From positions 1,742 to 25,741 of the forward strand of contig CAJXZG010000080.1 of NCBI GenBank assembly GCA_913063265.1: 24,000 nucleotides of DNA, written 5' to 3'. How positions within the stretch are numbered: the stretch's first letter is position 1; each line of letters starts with the position of its first letter. The notes below the pieces were generated by a model. The model saw only the letters and a program-made list of their open reading frames with translations, searched no databases and was not told the DNA's origin. Below are positions 17,424 through 24,000 of this stretch, piece by piece. Both the position numbers and the translations under genes were made by a program. The stretch is from an uncultured Prolixibacteraceae bacterium. Lineage in GTDB: Bacteria; Bacteroidota; Bacteroidia; Bacteroidales; Prolixibacteraceae.

Positions 17424-18596
17424 TTATTTGGTCATTTTATTATTGTTTTCCGCAATTAACGCTAGTACATGCACTGCCAAACTTAAAGAAAAGATTGGAG
17501 GGACTGCATTGCCAATTTGTTTAAATTTATCATCAAATGGACCTTCAAATATGAAATTTTCGGGAAATCCTTGCAAAAGAGCTGCCTCTCTAACAGATAA
17601 TCCCCTGTTTAATTCAGGATGAGTAAATCTTCCACAAGAGGGTGTTCTGCACCTTGCAGTAATTGTGACAGAAGGTTTATCCCAAAAAAGTCTGCCATAA
17701 ACATCAGAAAAGCCATTTACATTGTCTAAACATTTTGGTCCAACTCCTTTTGGTCGAAATCCCCCATCCTTTGGCACTTTTGCCAATATTTCAATTGTAT
17801 TTTTTTTATGTTTCGAAGTCTGATGCATTGAATCTGTTTCTGATATTTCTCCTGATTCTATAATATCCAAGTGTCCTATTGCATCTCTAACTGTCCTAAA
17901 ATCTTTACTTTCAGCTATAATATTTGGAGGTATTGATGGTTTAAATTTTTTAGAAGCTAAAACAACGGTTCGGAATCGCTTTTGTGGTACCCCATAATGT
18001 GCCATGTTTACCACTTCTGTATTAATTACATAATTTTCTTCCTCCAAAATTTCTTTAAATTCATCAAAATGTGAGATATGTTTTTTTGATAATAAATCTG
18101 GAACATTTTCCATTATTACGAATTCCGGTTTTAAATGTGCCACAATTCTACCGAAAGCTCCCACTAAAGAGTTTCTTGTATCTTCTTTTTTTTGACGGTC
18201 CTTCTTTCGATGTGCGGAAAAACCTTGACATGGAGCACAACCAATAAGAATTAATGGATTTTGTCTGCCAGCTCTTCTTTCTTCTATAATTTTATCCAAA
18301 ATTTTGTTAGAAATATTACCCAAATCATAGTCTATTGGATGACTACCAAAATTTGAATAAAATGTATCGTTAGCATGCTTATCAATATCAAAAGCTGCAA
18401 TATGTCTATAAACCTTTTTCTTTTCACCTAATTTATAAAAACCGTATGACATTCCTCCACAGCCAGAAAAAAAATCGATTACATCATATTGTTTTGAAGG
18501 TAATTTAACTTTAATCTGTTCCCATTCTCTTTGTTTTAATAATTTTTCCAATAAATCATTACCAGCTTTTAAAAAAGCATCATTATCAAATTTCAT
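17424..18596 (-). CDS. dcm: DNA (cytosine-5)-methyltransferase
   Basis: 390 aa. It has motif I VIDFFSGCGGMSYGF, motif IV GCAPCQGFS, motif VI VIMENVPDL, motif VIII PQKRFRTVV, motif IX SVREAALLQGFPE and motif X GNAVPPIF. Confidence 0.95.
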   Translation of the reverse strand: MKFDNDAFLKAGNDLLEKLLKQREWEQIKVKLPSKQYDVIDFFSGCGGMSYGFYKLGEKKKVYRHIAAFDIDKHANDTFYSNFGSHPIDYDLGNISNKILDKIIEERRAGRQNPLILIGCAPCQGFSAHRKKDRQKKEDTRNSLVGAFGRIVAHLKPEFVIMENVPDLLSKKHISHFDEFKEILEEENYVINTEVVNMAHYGVPQKRFRTVVLASKKFKPSIPPNIIAESKDFRTVRDAIGHLDIIESGEISETDSMHQTSKHKKNTIEILAKVPKDGGFRPKGVGPKCLDNVNGFSDVYGRLFWDKPSVTITARCRTPSCGRFTHPELNRGLSVREAALLQGFPENFIFEGPFDDKFKQIGNAVPPIFSLSLAVHVLALIAENNNKMTK

Positions 18597-18828
18597 CTTT
18601 TAAATATTACAGAATTACGCAATTAATTTGGAGATTTAATCCACCCCTAATATTAACAAGAAACTATTTAATAAAATTTTTCCACTCAAATATTTTATTA
18701 AAAAATTTTAAACATGCAATCAATTTGATATAATATTGGTTATTTGAAAACGCCTGAATTTTGATTGAATATTTAACTCGTTAAATGTATGTGTATACAA
18801 CGGGATGAATTTGCATAATATCTTTTTT

Positions 18829-19239
18829 TTAATTCTGTATTAATAATAATTCCTTCCATATTCGCTCTTTTTCTTGTTTTAATTCACAAGTCCAGATTTT
18901 TATCACTTTCCAGCCCAAAACATTTAATTCCACTTCATTTTCGCGGTCGCGTTTTTGGGTGTCCTTAATTTTATTAAGCCACCATTCAGTCCGGGTTTTG
19001 GGTACTACAAAATATTTGCATCCTTTATGTCCGTGCCAGAAACAGCCGTTTACAAAAATTACGGTTTTGTATTTGGGTAAAACAATATCGGGTTTTCCGG
19101 GAAGGGTTTTTACATTTAAACGATAGCGGAATCCATGGGCAAATAAAAACTTTCGCACCAGCATTTCGGGTTGTGTATCTTTCCCCTTAATGCGGCTCAT
19201 ATTATACGAGCGTGTTATTTTGTTATGTACATCGGCCAT
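18829..19239 (-). CDS. vsr: Very short patch repair endonuclease (T:G mismatch-specific)
   Basis: Homology starts at the ATG at 19239: MADVHNKITRSYNMSRIKGKDTQPEMLVRKFLFAHGFRYRLN...PGKPDIVLPKYKTVIFVNGCFWHGH...TRTEWWLNKI..NQKRD. The E. coli Vsr N-terminus is MADVHDKATRSKNMRAI. The longer track ORF (to 19368) adds 43 codons that read through repeat and hairpin DNA. Confidence 0.9.
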   Translation of the reverse strand: MADVHNKITRSYNMSRIKGKDTQPEMLVRKFLFAHGFRYRLNVKTLPGKPDIVLPKYKTVIFVNGCFWHGHKGCKYFVVPKTRTEWWLNKIKDTQKRDRENEVELNVLGWKVIKIWTCELKQEKERIWKELLLIQN

Positions 19240-19341
19240 AGGATTAAAGGTAAAAGTAAAAAGGCAAAAGGCAAAAGATGGCAGTTCACCCTTTTCTGCC
19301 CATCGGCAGACAGGGACTACGCCCGGGATGACCTCGCTGGT

Positions 19342-19381
19342 GCGCGATTGTATCCAAATAAACCACACGATACAATCGTGC
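19342..19381. terminator. Stem-loop between the 167-aa ORF and vsr (possible terminator or repeat-element hairpin)
   Basis: gcgcgattgtatc (19342-19354) pairs with gatacaatcgtgc (19369-19381), giving 12/13 matches and a 14-nt loop. It lies 27 nt downstream of the stop at 19408 on the minus strand. There is no adjacent U-tract, so a terminator role is uncertain. Confidence 0.3.
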
Positions 19382-19407
19382 AGGAACGGTGATTTCTAAT
19401 GGTAGTT

Positions 19408-19911
19408 CTACCAGTCGTAGTTATACTCGTCAATCCACTTTTTAAAACCACTCCCATCTGCTGTTTTGTAAGTTTTCAGTCTTTGCTCAAACCAATCTTT
19501 GTCTTTGCAAACTTGTTTTATCTTTTCGAATTGCGTAGTAGTAATAAACTCATTTTGGCATATAAATTCAAAAAAATCGAAAAGTGCTGAAAGAATTTCT
19601 TTCATTTCTTTAAAATTGGGAGACCAGCTTTTTCGTATATACCAATTCCCAAGAAATGTTCTTATGGTAATATCATTTGATGCTAAAACCGACAGTTCAT
19701 CATTGTAAACAAAAAAATAATTCATCATAAAATACGAACTATATCCAAGTTGCCTTTCAACCAATTCATTTTTATAGTTTTTACTGCTTAAGTATTTTTT
19801 GAACTCATCGAAAACAATTTTAGATTTCTCCCATTGCCTGTTATTTTCTTCTTCAGAATTATCTTCTTTAATACATTCGAAGTGTTTACTTGTCAATTTC
19901 ATCTTAACCAT
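19408..19911 (-). CDS. Hypothetical cytoplasmic protein (167 aa), no recognisable motif
   Basis: The start is ATG at 19911, with an alternative ATG at 19902. The ORF has no better-supported competing ORF; antisense track ORFs (19399..19590, 19499..19708, 19799..19981) read as non-coding. There is no signal peptide or TM segment. The protein is rich in aromatic residues, K and E. It begins 66 nt downstream of the 535-aa gene on the same strand. Confidence 0.6.
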   Translation of the reverse strand: MVKMKLTSKHFECIKEDNSEEENNRQWEKSKIVFDEFKKYLSSKNYKNELVERQLGYSSYFMMNYFFVYNDELSVLASNDITIRTFLGNWYIRKSWSPNFKEMKEILSALFDFFEFICQNEFITTTQFEKIKQVCKDKDWFEQRLKTYKTADGSGFKKWIDEYNYDW

Positions 19912-19977
19912 ATTTTATATTTGCCTGCTAATCGGCATTATTTTACAGATTCGGGATTATTGTATACATCCACGGCA

Positions 19978-21585
19978 TTAATCTTTCCCTGTAAGTGTAA
20001 TTGAAGGTTTCGTAAAATAACTGTTTCGTTTCCAAAACCGAAGTAAAAAATCGATATCTTTTAAAAACAGTTTCCCGGAGGTACTTTTAAAAAATGGCAA
20101 TTTGTTTTTACAGTGTTTAATACAATATTCCGCAAGCTCTCTGGAAGTTTCTTCCGAAATAAATAAATCGAGTATTTCTCTTCCATCAACTTCAGGATTG
20201 TACCAGCTGTTATTTTTAAACGGCAGTGTTTCGTTAAAATTTAACGCAATTTCAACACCGCTATTCTGATTAAAAAATACGAGTCCGGTTTCGCTTTTTT
20301 CAGTAAAATCTATAGTGGAATTGTTTTCGGTATTTAACAAACCATCATTACGCGTTCTCCTTCTTGCATCTTCAATTTCGGTCTGGCTAAGGTTTAACGA
20401 TGCATTAAAATATTCGGTATAATTTTTAACGAATTGTTCTATTTCGTCAGACGGCATAAATGCTATTTGAGACCCCTTGTTATAGGAGAGAAAAGCATTG
20501 AGCTGTTGGTTTAGGGTTTCTTTTACATCCTTGCTTTCGTGGTCGAGAAAGTTTACCTGCCTGCGGCTTTCCAACGAGTTCTTTTCGTTTAAAACCAAAT
20601 CGGCATTAAATTCGTTTTGGAAATATACTCCCGAAAACCACCACTCGTTTTGCCACTTTACAATTCCGATATACATGATTGTATCAACAGCAGTTAAGAG
20701 ATGAGCATGATCGAACGACTTTTTGCTTAAATTAAATTTTTTCCCCGAAGCAATGTGTTCTATAAAAATATCTTCATCATTTTGTCCTTTATACAAAAAG
20801 AATCCTTTTATTCTTTGCGACATGTTTAACAAATCGTTAGCGAGCGGATGATTTTCTCCAAGAATCTGCGCAGCCCACTCTTTACCCTTTAGGCTTAACA
20901 ACCTGGTATTATAGGTATGCAACAACGAGTCTCTGGTTTCCTGTAAATAGTGCATCAGGTTTTCGTCGTCGTCTTCCTCCATTATTTCAAGTTCCAGTTC
21001 GGCAAGCTCCAAAGCCGAATCGGGATAAAAAAGCCATGTTTTAAAAAGAATGGTATCGATACCGGTACGCACTTTGTAAAAATCGGATTCGCCTTCGGGT
21101 ATCGAATAAAACGATTTAAGCTGTTCGTTTTCGGGTGCAAATTCATATTCATCATCGAGAACCGATATTACCCTGTCGGCAATTTTAGCGATAAAAACGT
21201 TGTGAGGGTCGATGTACTTTTCTTCTTGAATAACATTTAAAAAATACCAGATTAAAAATGCCACATCCTGCACATTTATTTCCTTGTCGAAATATTCTTT
21301 GGTATTGTAAAAGGGTAGTTTTTTGTTGTAAAGTTTTTGATGAATTGAGCTAAAAGAATTCCAAATGTTGGTTCCGGAAATAATATCTTCGAAATACGAT
21401 GCTAAAAAACAGGCTAATAATTCAATTTCTTTTTTATCGATATATGTTAACAAAATAAATGAATCGGGAGAATACAGAATCTTGAAAATTTTGTTGGAAA
21501 TGGTAAGGTAGTAGTTGTCGGTTGGAGTTTGTTTATCGTAAGGTTTTAAATCCAGCCACTGTTGAATATATATTCTGTTTTTCAT
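19978..21585 (-). CDS. Hypothetical cytoplasmic protein (535 aa); the N-terminus resembles Bacteroidota DUF3843-type proteins (tentative, from memory)
   Basis: Long clean ORF with an ATG start. The N-terminus is MKNRIYIQQWLDLKPYDKQTPTDNYYLTISNKI. There is an acidic block EEDDDENL. I saw no P-loop, no clear nuclease motif and no TM segment. Confidence 0.7.
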   Translation of the reverse strand: MKNRIYIQQWLDLKPYDKQTPTDNYYLTISNKIFKILYSPDSFILLTYIDKKEIELLACFLASYFEDIISGTNIWNSFSSIHQKLYNKKLPFYNTKEYFDKEINVQDVAFLIWYFLNVIQEEKYIDPHNVFIAKIADRVISVLDDEYEFAPENEQLKSFYSIPEGESDFYKVRTGIDTILFKTWLFYPDSALELAELELEIMEEDDDENLMHYLQETRDSLLHTYNTRLLSLKGKEWAAQILGENHPLANDLLNMSQRIKGFFLYKGQNDEDIFIEHIASGKKFNLSKKSFDHAHLLTAVDTIMYIGIVKWQNEWWFSGVYFQNEFNADLVLNEKNSLESRRQVNFLDHESKDVKETLNQQLNAFLSYNKGSQIAFMPSDEIEQFVKNYTEYFNASLNLSQTEIEDARRRTRNDGLLNTENNSTIDFTEKSETGLVFFNQNSGVEIALNFNETLPFKNNSWYNPEVDGREILDLFISEETSRELAEYCIKHCKNKLPFFKSTSGKLFLKDIDFLLRFWKRNSYFTKPSITLTGKD

Positions 21586-21681
21586 TAAAAGTGAACTATT
21601 ATTTTGTTCTTAGTATGAGTGTGGATGTAAATATATACAATTCAACTACTGGAAATATATTCAAGATGAATAAAACCATTT

Positions 21682-21795
21682 TTAACCAAAACTTCCGCGC
21701 CAATATTTAGTTGCAAGGATTTCTAATTTGGGCCTGGTGTTTTTCCCTTCAATTTGGATCATATTGTACGGGCGGGTTGCTTTGTTATGTACATT
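21682..21795 (-). pseudogene. vsr: Degraded N-terminal remnant of a second vsr gene
   Basis: The minus-strand frame reads NVHNKATRPYNMIQIEGKNTRPKLEILATKYWRGSFG*. The intact Vsr reads DVHNKITRSYNMSRIKGKDTQPEMLVRKFLFAHGF. About 49 of the first 66 aligned nucleotides are identical by hand count. There is no in-frame start codon (AAG AAT GTA where ATG GCC GAT GTA is expected), and a stop follows after about 38 codons. Confidence 0.6.
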
Positions 21796-21960
21796 CTTAA
21801 TATTAGAACAAATAGAATTAAACAAATCAGTTTAACATTACAAAAATTGTAATCCTGTATTTTGAATAACAATTGGGTTAACTTTGTACATTAAGATTAA
21901 TGATTCTATGAAATTATACTACATGAGGTTATTAGTATTTAATACGAACTCTCCCTCATT

Positions 21961-22018
21961 CCCTCTCTTCGCGAAGAGAGGGACGATTGTTTCGCAGACA
22001 CAATCAGGGTGAGTTAAT
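21961..22018 (+). repeat. Palindrome + hairpin + GGTGAG-tail element (same architecture as one arm of the MITE-like family, different sequence)
   Basis: It has a perfect 22-bp palindrome ccctctcttcgcgaagagaggg (21961-21982), the hairpin gattgt-ttcgcagac-acaatc (21985-22005) and the tail agggtgagttaat. Confidence 0.6.
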
Positions 22019-22118
22019 ATATTAAGTCTGCTATTTCACCAACTAACAATTATATTTACCTGTATTACATTGCAAGTGGTATATTATAGGATACTCAAAT
22101 AAGGTTTAACTTTTTATA

Positions 22119-22856
22119 ATGGTTGATTATCGGCAACAAATTCTTCCGGATGTGCTGCACTGGCAAACGCTAATGCTTAAAAAGCCAACGCTGGTGAACA
22201 GGTGGTCGAAGGGTGTGCAAGTAAAAATTAATTCGTGGATACCCGAAAAAGTACACCGGGCCATTACGGTTACCCTTAAACAAATGATTCGCGGGGTTTT
22301 GTTCGGGGCCAATTATACTGCTGCCAAACCTTTAAACGGCCTGTCGTTGGAAGCACAGGAAGCCGCCATTAACGAACGGATTAAATTTTACAAATCTACG
22401 GCTGCCGTAGAAGGAGGAATAACAGGGGCAGGAGGTATATTGCTGGGCTTTGCCGACTTCCCGATTTTACTGGCGCTTAAATTAAAAATGCTGTTTGATA
22501 TGGCTTCGATGTATGGTTTTAACATTAAAGATTATAAGGAAAGGGTGTACATCCTTCATATTTTCGAACTGGCATTTTCAAGTCATGTCCACCGGCGAAA
22601 AGTCTACCTCAATATGGTTGACTGGGAACAAAAAAGTAAAGATCTTCCGGAAGATATCCACCAGTTCGACTGGCGAAATTTTCAGCAGGAATACCGCGAC
22701 TACCTCGACCTGGCAAAAATGGCGCAAATGATACCCCTTGTAGGCGCACCTGTTGGTTTTGTGGTCAACTCGCGCCTGGTAAAAAAACTTGGAAAAACGG
22801 CAATGAATGCGTATCGGATGAGGATTTTGGAGAAGGAGAAGGAGGATGAGAGTTGA
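22119..22856 (+). CDS. EcsC-family protein
   Basis: 245 aa with an ATG start. The pattern is ...KINSWIPEKVHRAITVTLKQMIRGVLFG... followed by a glycine-rich segment AAVEGGITGAGGILLGFADFPILLALKLKMLFDMASMYGF, as remembered for EcsC (PF12787-type) proteins. Confidence 0.7.
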   Translation: MVDYRQQILPDVLHWQTLMLKKPTLVNRWSKGVQVKINSWIPEKVHRAITVTLKQMIRGVLFGANYTAAKPLNGLSLEAQEAAINERIKFYKSTAAVEGGITGAGGILLGFADFPILLALKLKMLFDMASMYGFNIKDYKERVYILHIFELAFSSHVHRRKVYLNMVDWEQKSKDLPEDIHQFDWRNFQQEYRDYLDLAKMAQMIPLVGAPVGFVVNSRLVKKLGKTAMNAYRMRILEKEKEDES

Positions 22857-22962
22857 GAGTTTAAAGTTTAAGGTTGAAAGTTTAAAGTTTAAAGTTCAAG
22901 GTTTAAAGTTGAAAGTTTAAGGTTCAAGGTTTAAAGTTGAAAGTTTAAGGTTGAAAGTTTAA
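22851..22962 (+). repeat. Tandem heptanucleotide array, 16 copies of RGTTNAA
   Basis: agttgag agtttaa agtttaa ggttgaa agtttaa agtttaa agttcaa ggtttaa agttgaa agtttaa ggttcaa ggtttaa agttgaa agtttaa ggttgaa agtttaa. The first unit contains the ecsC-family stop codon (22854-22856). Confidence 0.9.
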
Positions 22963-23316
22963 AGGAGATGAGATAGGTTTCAGAAACTACTCCGGAATTT
23001 CACATTAGGGTTGTAAAATCCTTTCACTTTAGAACTATTATTACACTTGTCTTTTGTGTCAGATGTTTTAGTATAATTATTTTTATTTCGTCCGGGATAA
23101 CAAGCATGCGTTGAACAACTTTCGACGCCGGACGAGTTCTTCCTCTATCATTTACCCGGCGTTACACACCGGGTTATTAATGTTTAATCCTTTCAGGATT
23201 ATTGAGATAGACACTGAAGGTGTCAAATAAAAACATAAGTACATAAACGGCAAAGAATGTGGCTTATCGGGAGCAATTTTTGTAAGTTTGAAATTGAATC
23301 TTCTAAATCAAATCGT

Positions 23317-24000
23317 ATGAACAGAATTCTGCTTCCGGTTTTGCTTTTGGTACTGGTTGTTGCCGGCTGTACAAAAAAGGACATGCTTGTTGAGTTTAAT
23401 TCCGGGATTTTTAAAATTGGCATCAATAAACAGGGATTTGTAAATCAACTTACCGATTTAAGAAGCAATACAAATTACTGTTCAGGTGATACCATAGCTC
23501 CACTTCTTTCCTATCGCTTAAATGGGAAATTTTATTATCCTGTCCTCACTTCATTGGAAGAAAATTATCTTGTTTTTCATTTTGAAGGGAATAAAAATGC
23601 CAAAGTAAAAGTGGAAGAAAAACCAACACACATTTCTTTTGAACTGGTGGAGTTTAATTCGGCTGAAACGTTAGACTTGATTGCCTGGGGCCCGATACCC
23701 ACTACAATTAAAAAAAGTATAGGCGAAACAGTTGGTGTGGTGCGCGGAGAAAATTTTGCTATCGGAATACAGGCACTAAATATAAAAACGTTGGGTGGAT
23801 TCCCGTGGACAGACAACGATTGTATGCCACAATTCGATATTTTTGAACAGGAAGATTATTCCGATTTAAGCGAAGAAAACAAACGAGAAGTGTTATACCG
23901 TGTGGAAGCTGCCAAACCGGAAAAATTTGGAAGTACCTTGCAGGCCTACTGCCGAAACCGATTTGAGGAAAGAGTAATTGAAAACCTTAATCACAAAAAC
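23317..24000 (+). CDS. Lipoprotein of unknown function, 3'-truncated by the window edge
   Basis: This ORF is not in the track because it has no stop. From the ATG at 23317 I hand-translated 228 codons to the window end without a stop. The N-terminus MNRILLPVLLLVLVVAGCTKKD has a lipobox (VAGC). Confidence 0.7.
   Translation, partial: MNRILLPVLLLVLVVAGCTKKDMLVEFNSGIFKIGINKQGFVNQLTDLRSNTNYCSGDTIAPLLSYRLNGKFYYPVLTSLEENYLVFHFEGNKNAKVKVEEKPTHISFELVEFNSAETLDLIAWGPIPTTIKKSIGETVGVVRGENFAIGIQALNIKTLGGFPWTDNDCMPQFDIFEQEDYSDLSEENKREVLYRVEAAKPEKFGSTLQAYCRNRFEERVIENLNHKN

Noticed and set aside
11736-18596. Calling the methyltransferase/McrBC-like operon itself a brand-new system.
   Set aside because: The gene order and motif content match the known LlaJI/BsuMI class. 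Only the accessory domains look potentially new.
18597-18828. A controller (C) protein gene or a defined Bacteroidota promoter (TAnnTTTG) upstream of the methyltransferases.
   Set aside because: There is no ORF of useful length on either strand. I could not find a convincing match to the -7 consensus by eye, so no promoter is called.
19240-19368. The longer 179-aa version of vsr starting at 19368.
   Set aside because: The extra 43 codons cover hairpin and repeat DNA and have no Vsr similarity. Homology to the Vsr N-terminus (MADVH...) begins exactly at the ATG at 19239.
20917-20934. The RDSLLH motif (R218-H223) in the 535-aa protein as a HEPN Rx4-6H RNase signature.
   Set aside because: A single short motif in a helical region is expected by chance in a protein of this size. 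There is no second supporting feature visible by eye. It is kept only as something to look at in a structural model.
11700-22020. Calling the island an integrative element, ICE or prophage remnant.
   Set aside because: No integrase, recombinase, transposase, tRNA target or flanking direct att-like repeats could be identified. The only boundary evidence is the composition shift, the repeats and the vsr fossil.
22851-22962. The heptamer array as a coding repeat or a frame-shifting phase-variation tract.
   Set aside because: It lies downstream of the ecsC-family stop codon apart from the first 6 nt. All frames contain frequent TAA/TGA codons. Copy-number change would not alter any ORF.
1-24000. 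tRNA, rRNA, tmRNA or riboswitch genes in the long intergenic regions.
   Set aside because: I saw no T-loop/GTTCGAATC-like cloverleaf signatures or known riboswitch cores. The structured segments are all accounted for by the repeat families. A covariance-model scan would be needed to exclude small RNAs.

Overview
The window looks like a Bacteroidota-type chromosomal segment. This is inferred from a T9SS C-terminal sorting domain, the gene families present and the AT-rich intergenic DNA. I recognised no rRNA, tRNA, CRISPR array, integrase or transposase. Roughly one fifth of the window is non-coding and packed with short, structured repeat families. Positions 62-7574 carry a secreted beta-helix protein, two convergent hormone-sensitive-lipase-type esterases around a 1.5-kb cluster of nested palindromic MITE-like repeats that also holds a DUF559 endonuclease gene, a TetR regulator overlapping an ABC1/UbiB-type kinase by 1 nt, and a divergent SOUL heme-binding-family gene. 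Positions 7.6-11.7 kb carry a CotH-family protein with a T9SS tail, bracketed by direct copies of three further repeat families. Positions 11.7-21.8 kb form a visibly more AT-rich island, all on the minus strand. In transcription order it reads: degraded vsr N-terminal remnant, 535-aa and 167-aa proteins of unknown function, intact vsr, two C5-cytosine methyltransferases, a large McrB-like AAA+ GTPase, and a large McrC-like PD-(D/E)xK nuclease. The last four genes match a LlaJI/BsuMI-type R-M operon. Positions 22.1-24.0 kb carry an EcsC-family protein, a 16-copy heptanucleotide tandem array and a 3'-truncated lipoprotein gene. The best candidates for something undescribed are the uncharacterised two-gene cassette between the vsr remnant and the intact vsr, and the extra domains on both restriction subunits. 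All calls rest on reading the translations and DNA by eye; no database search was possible.
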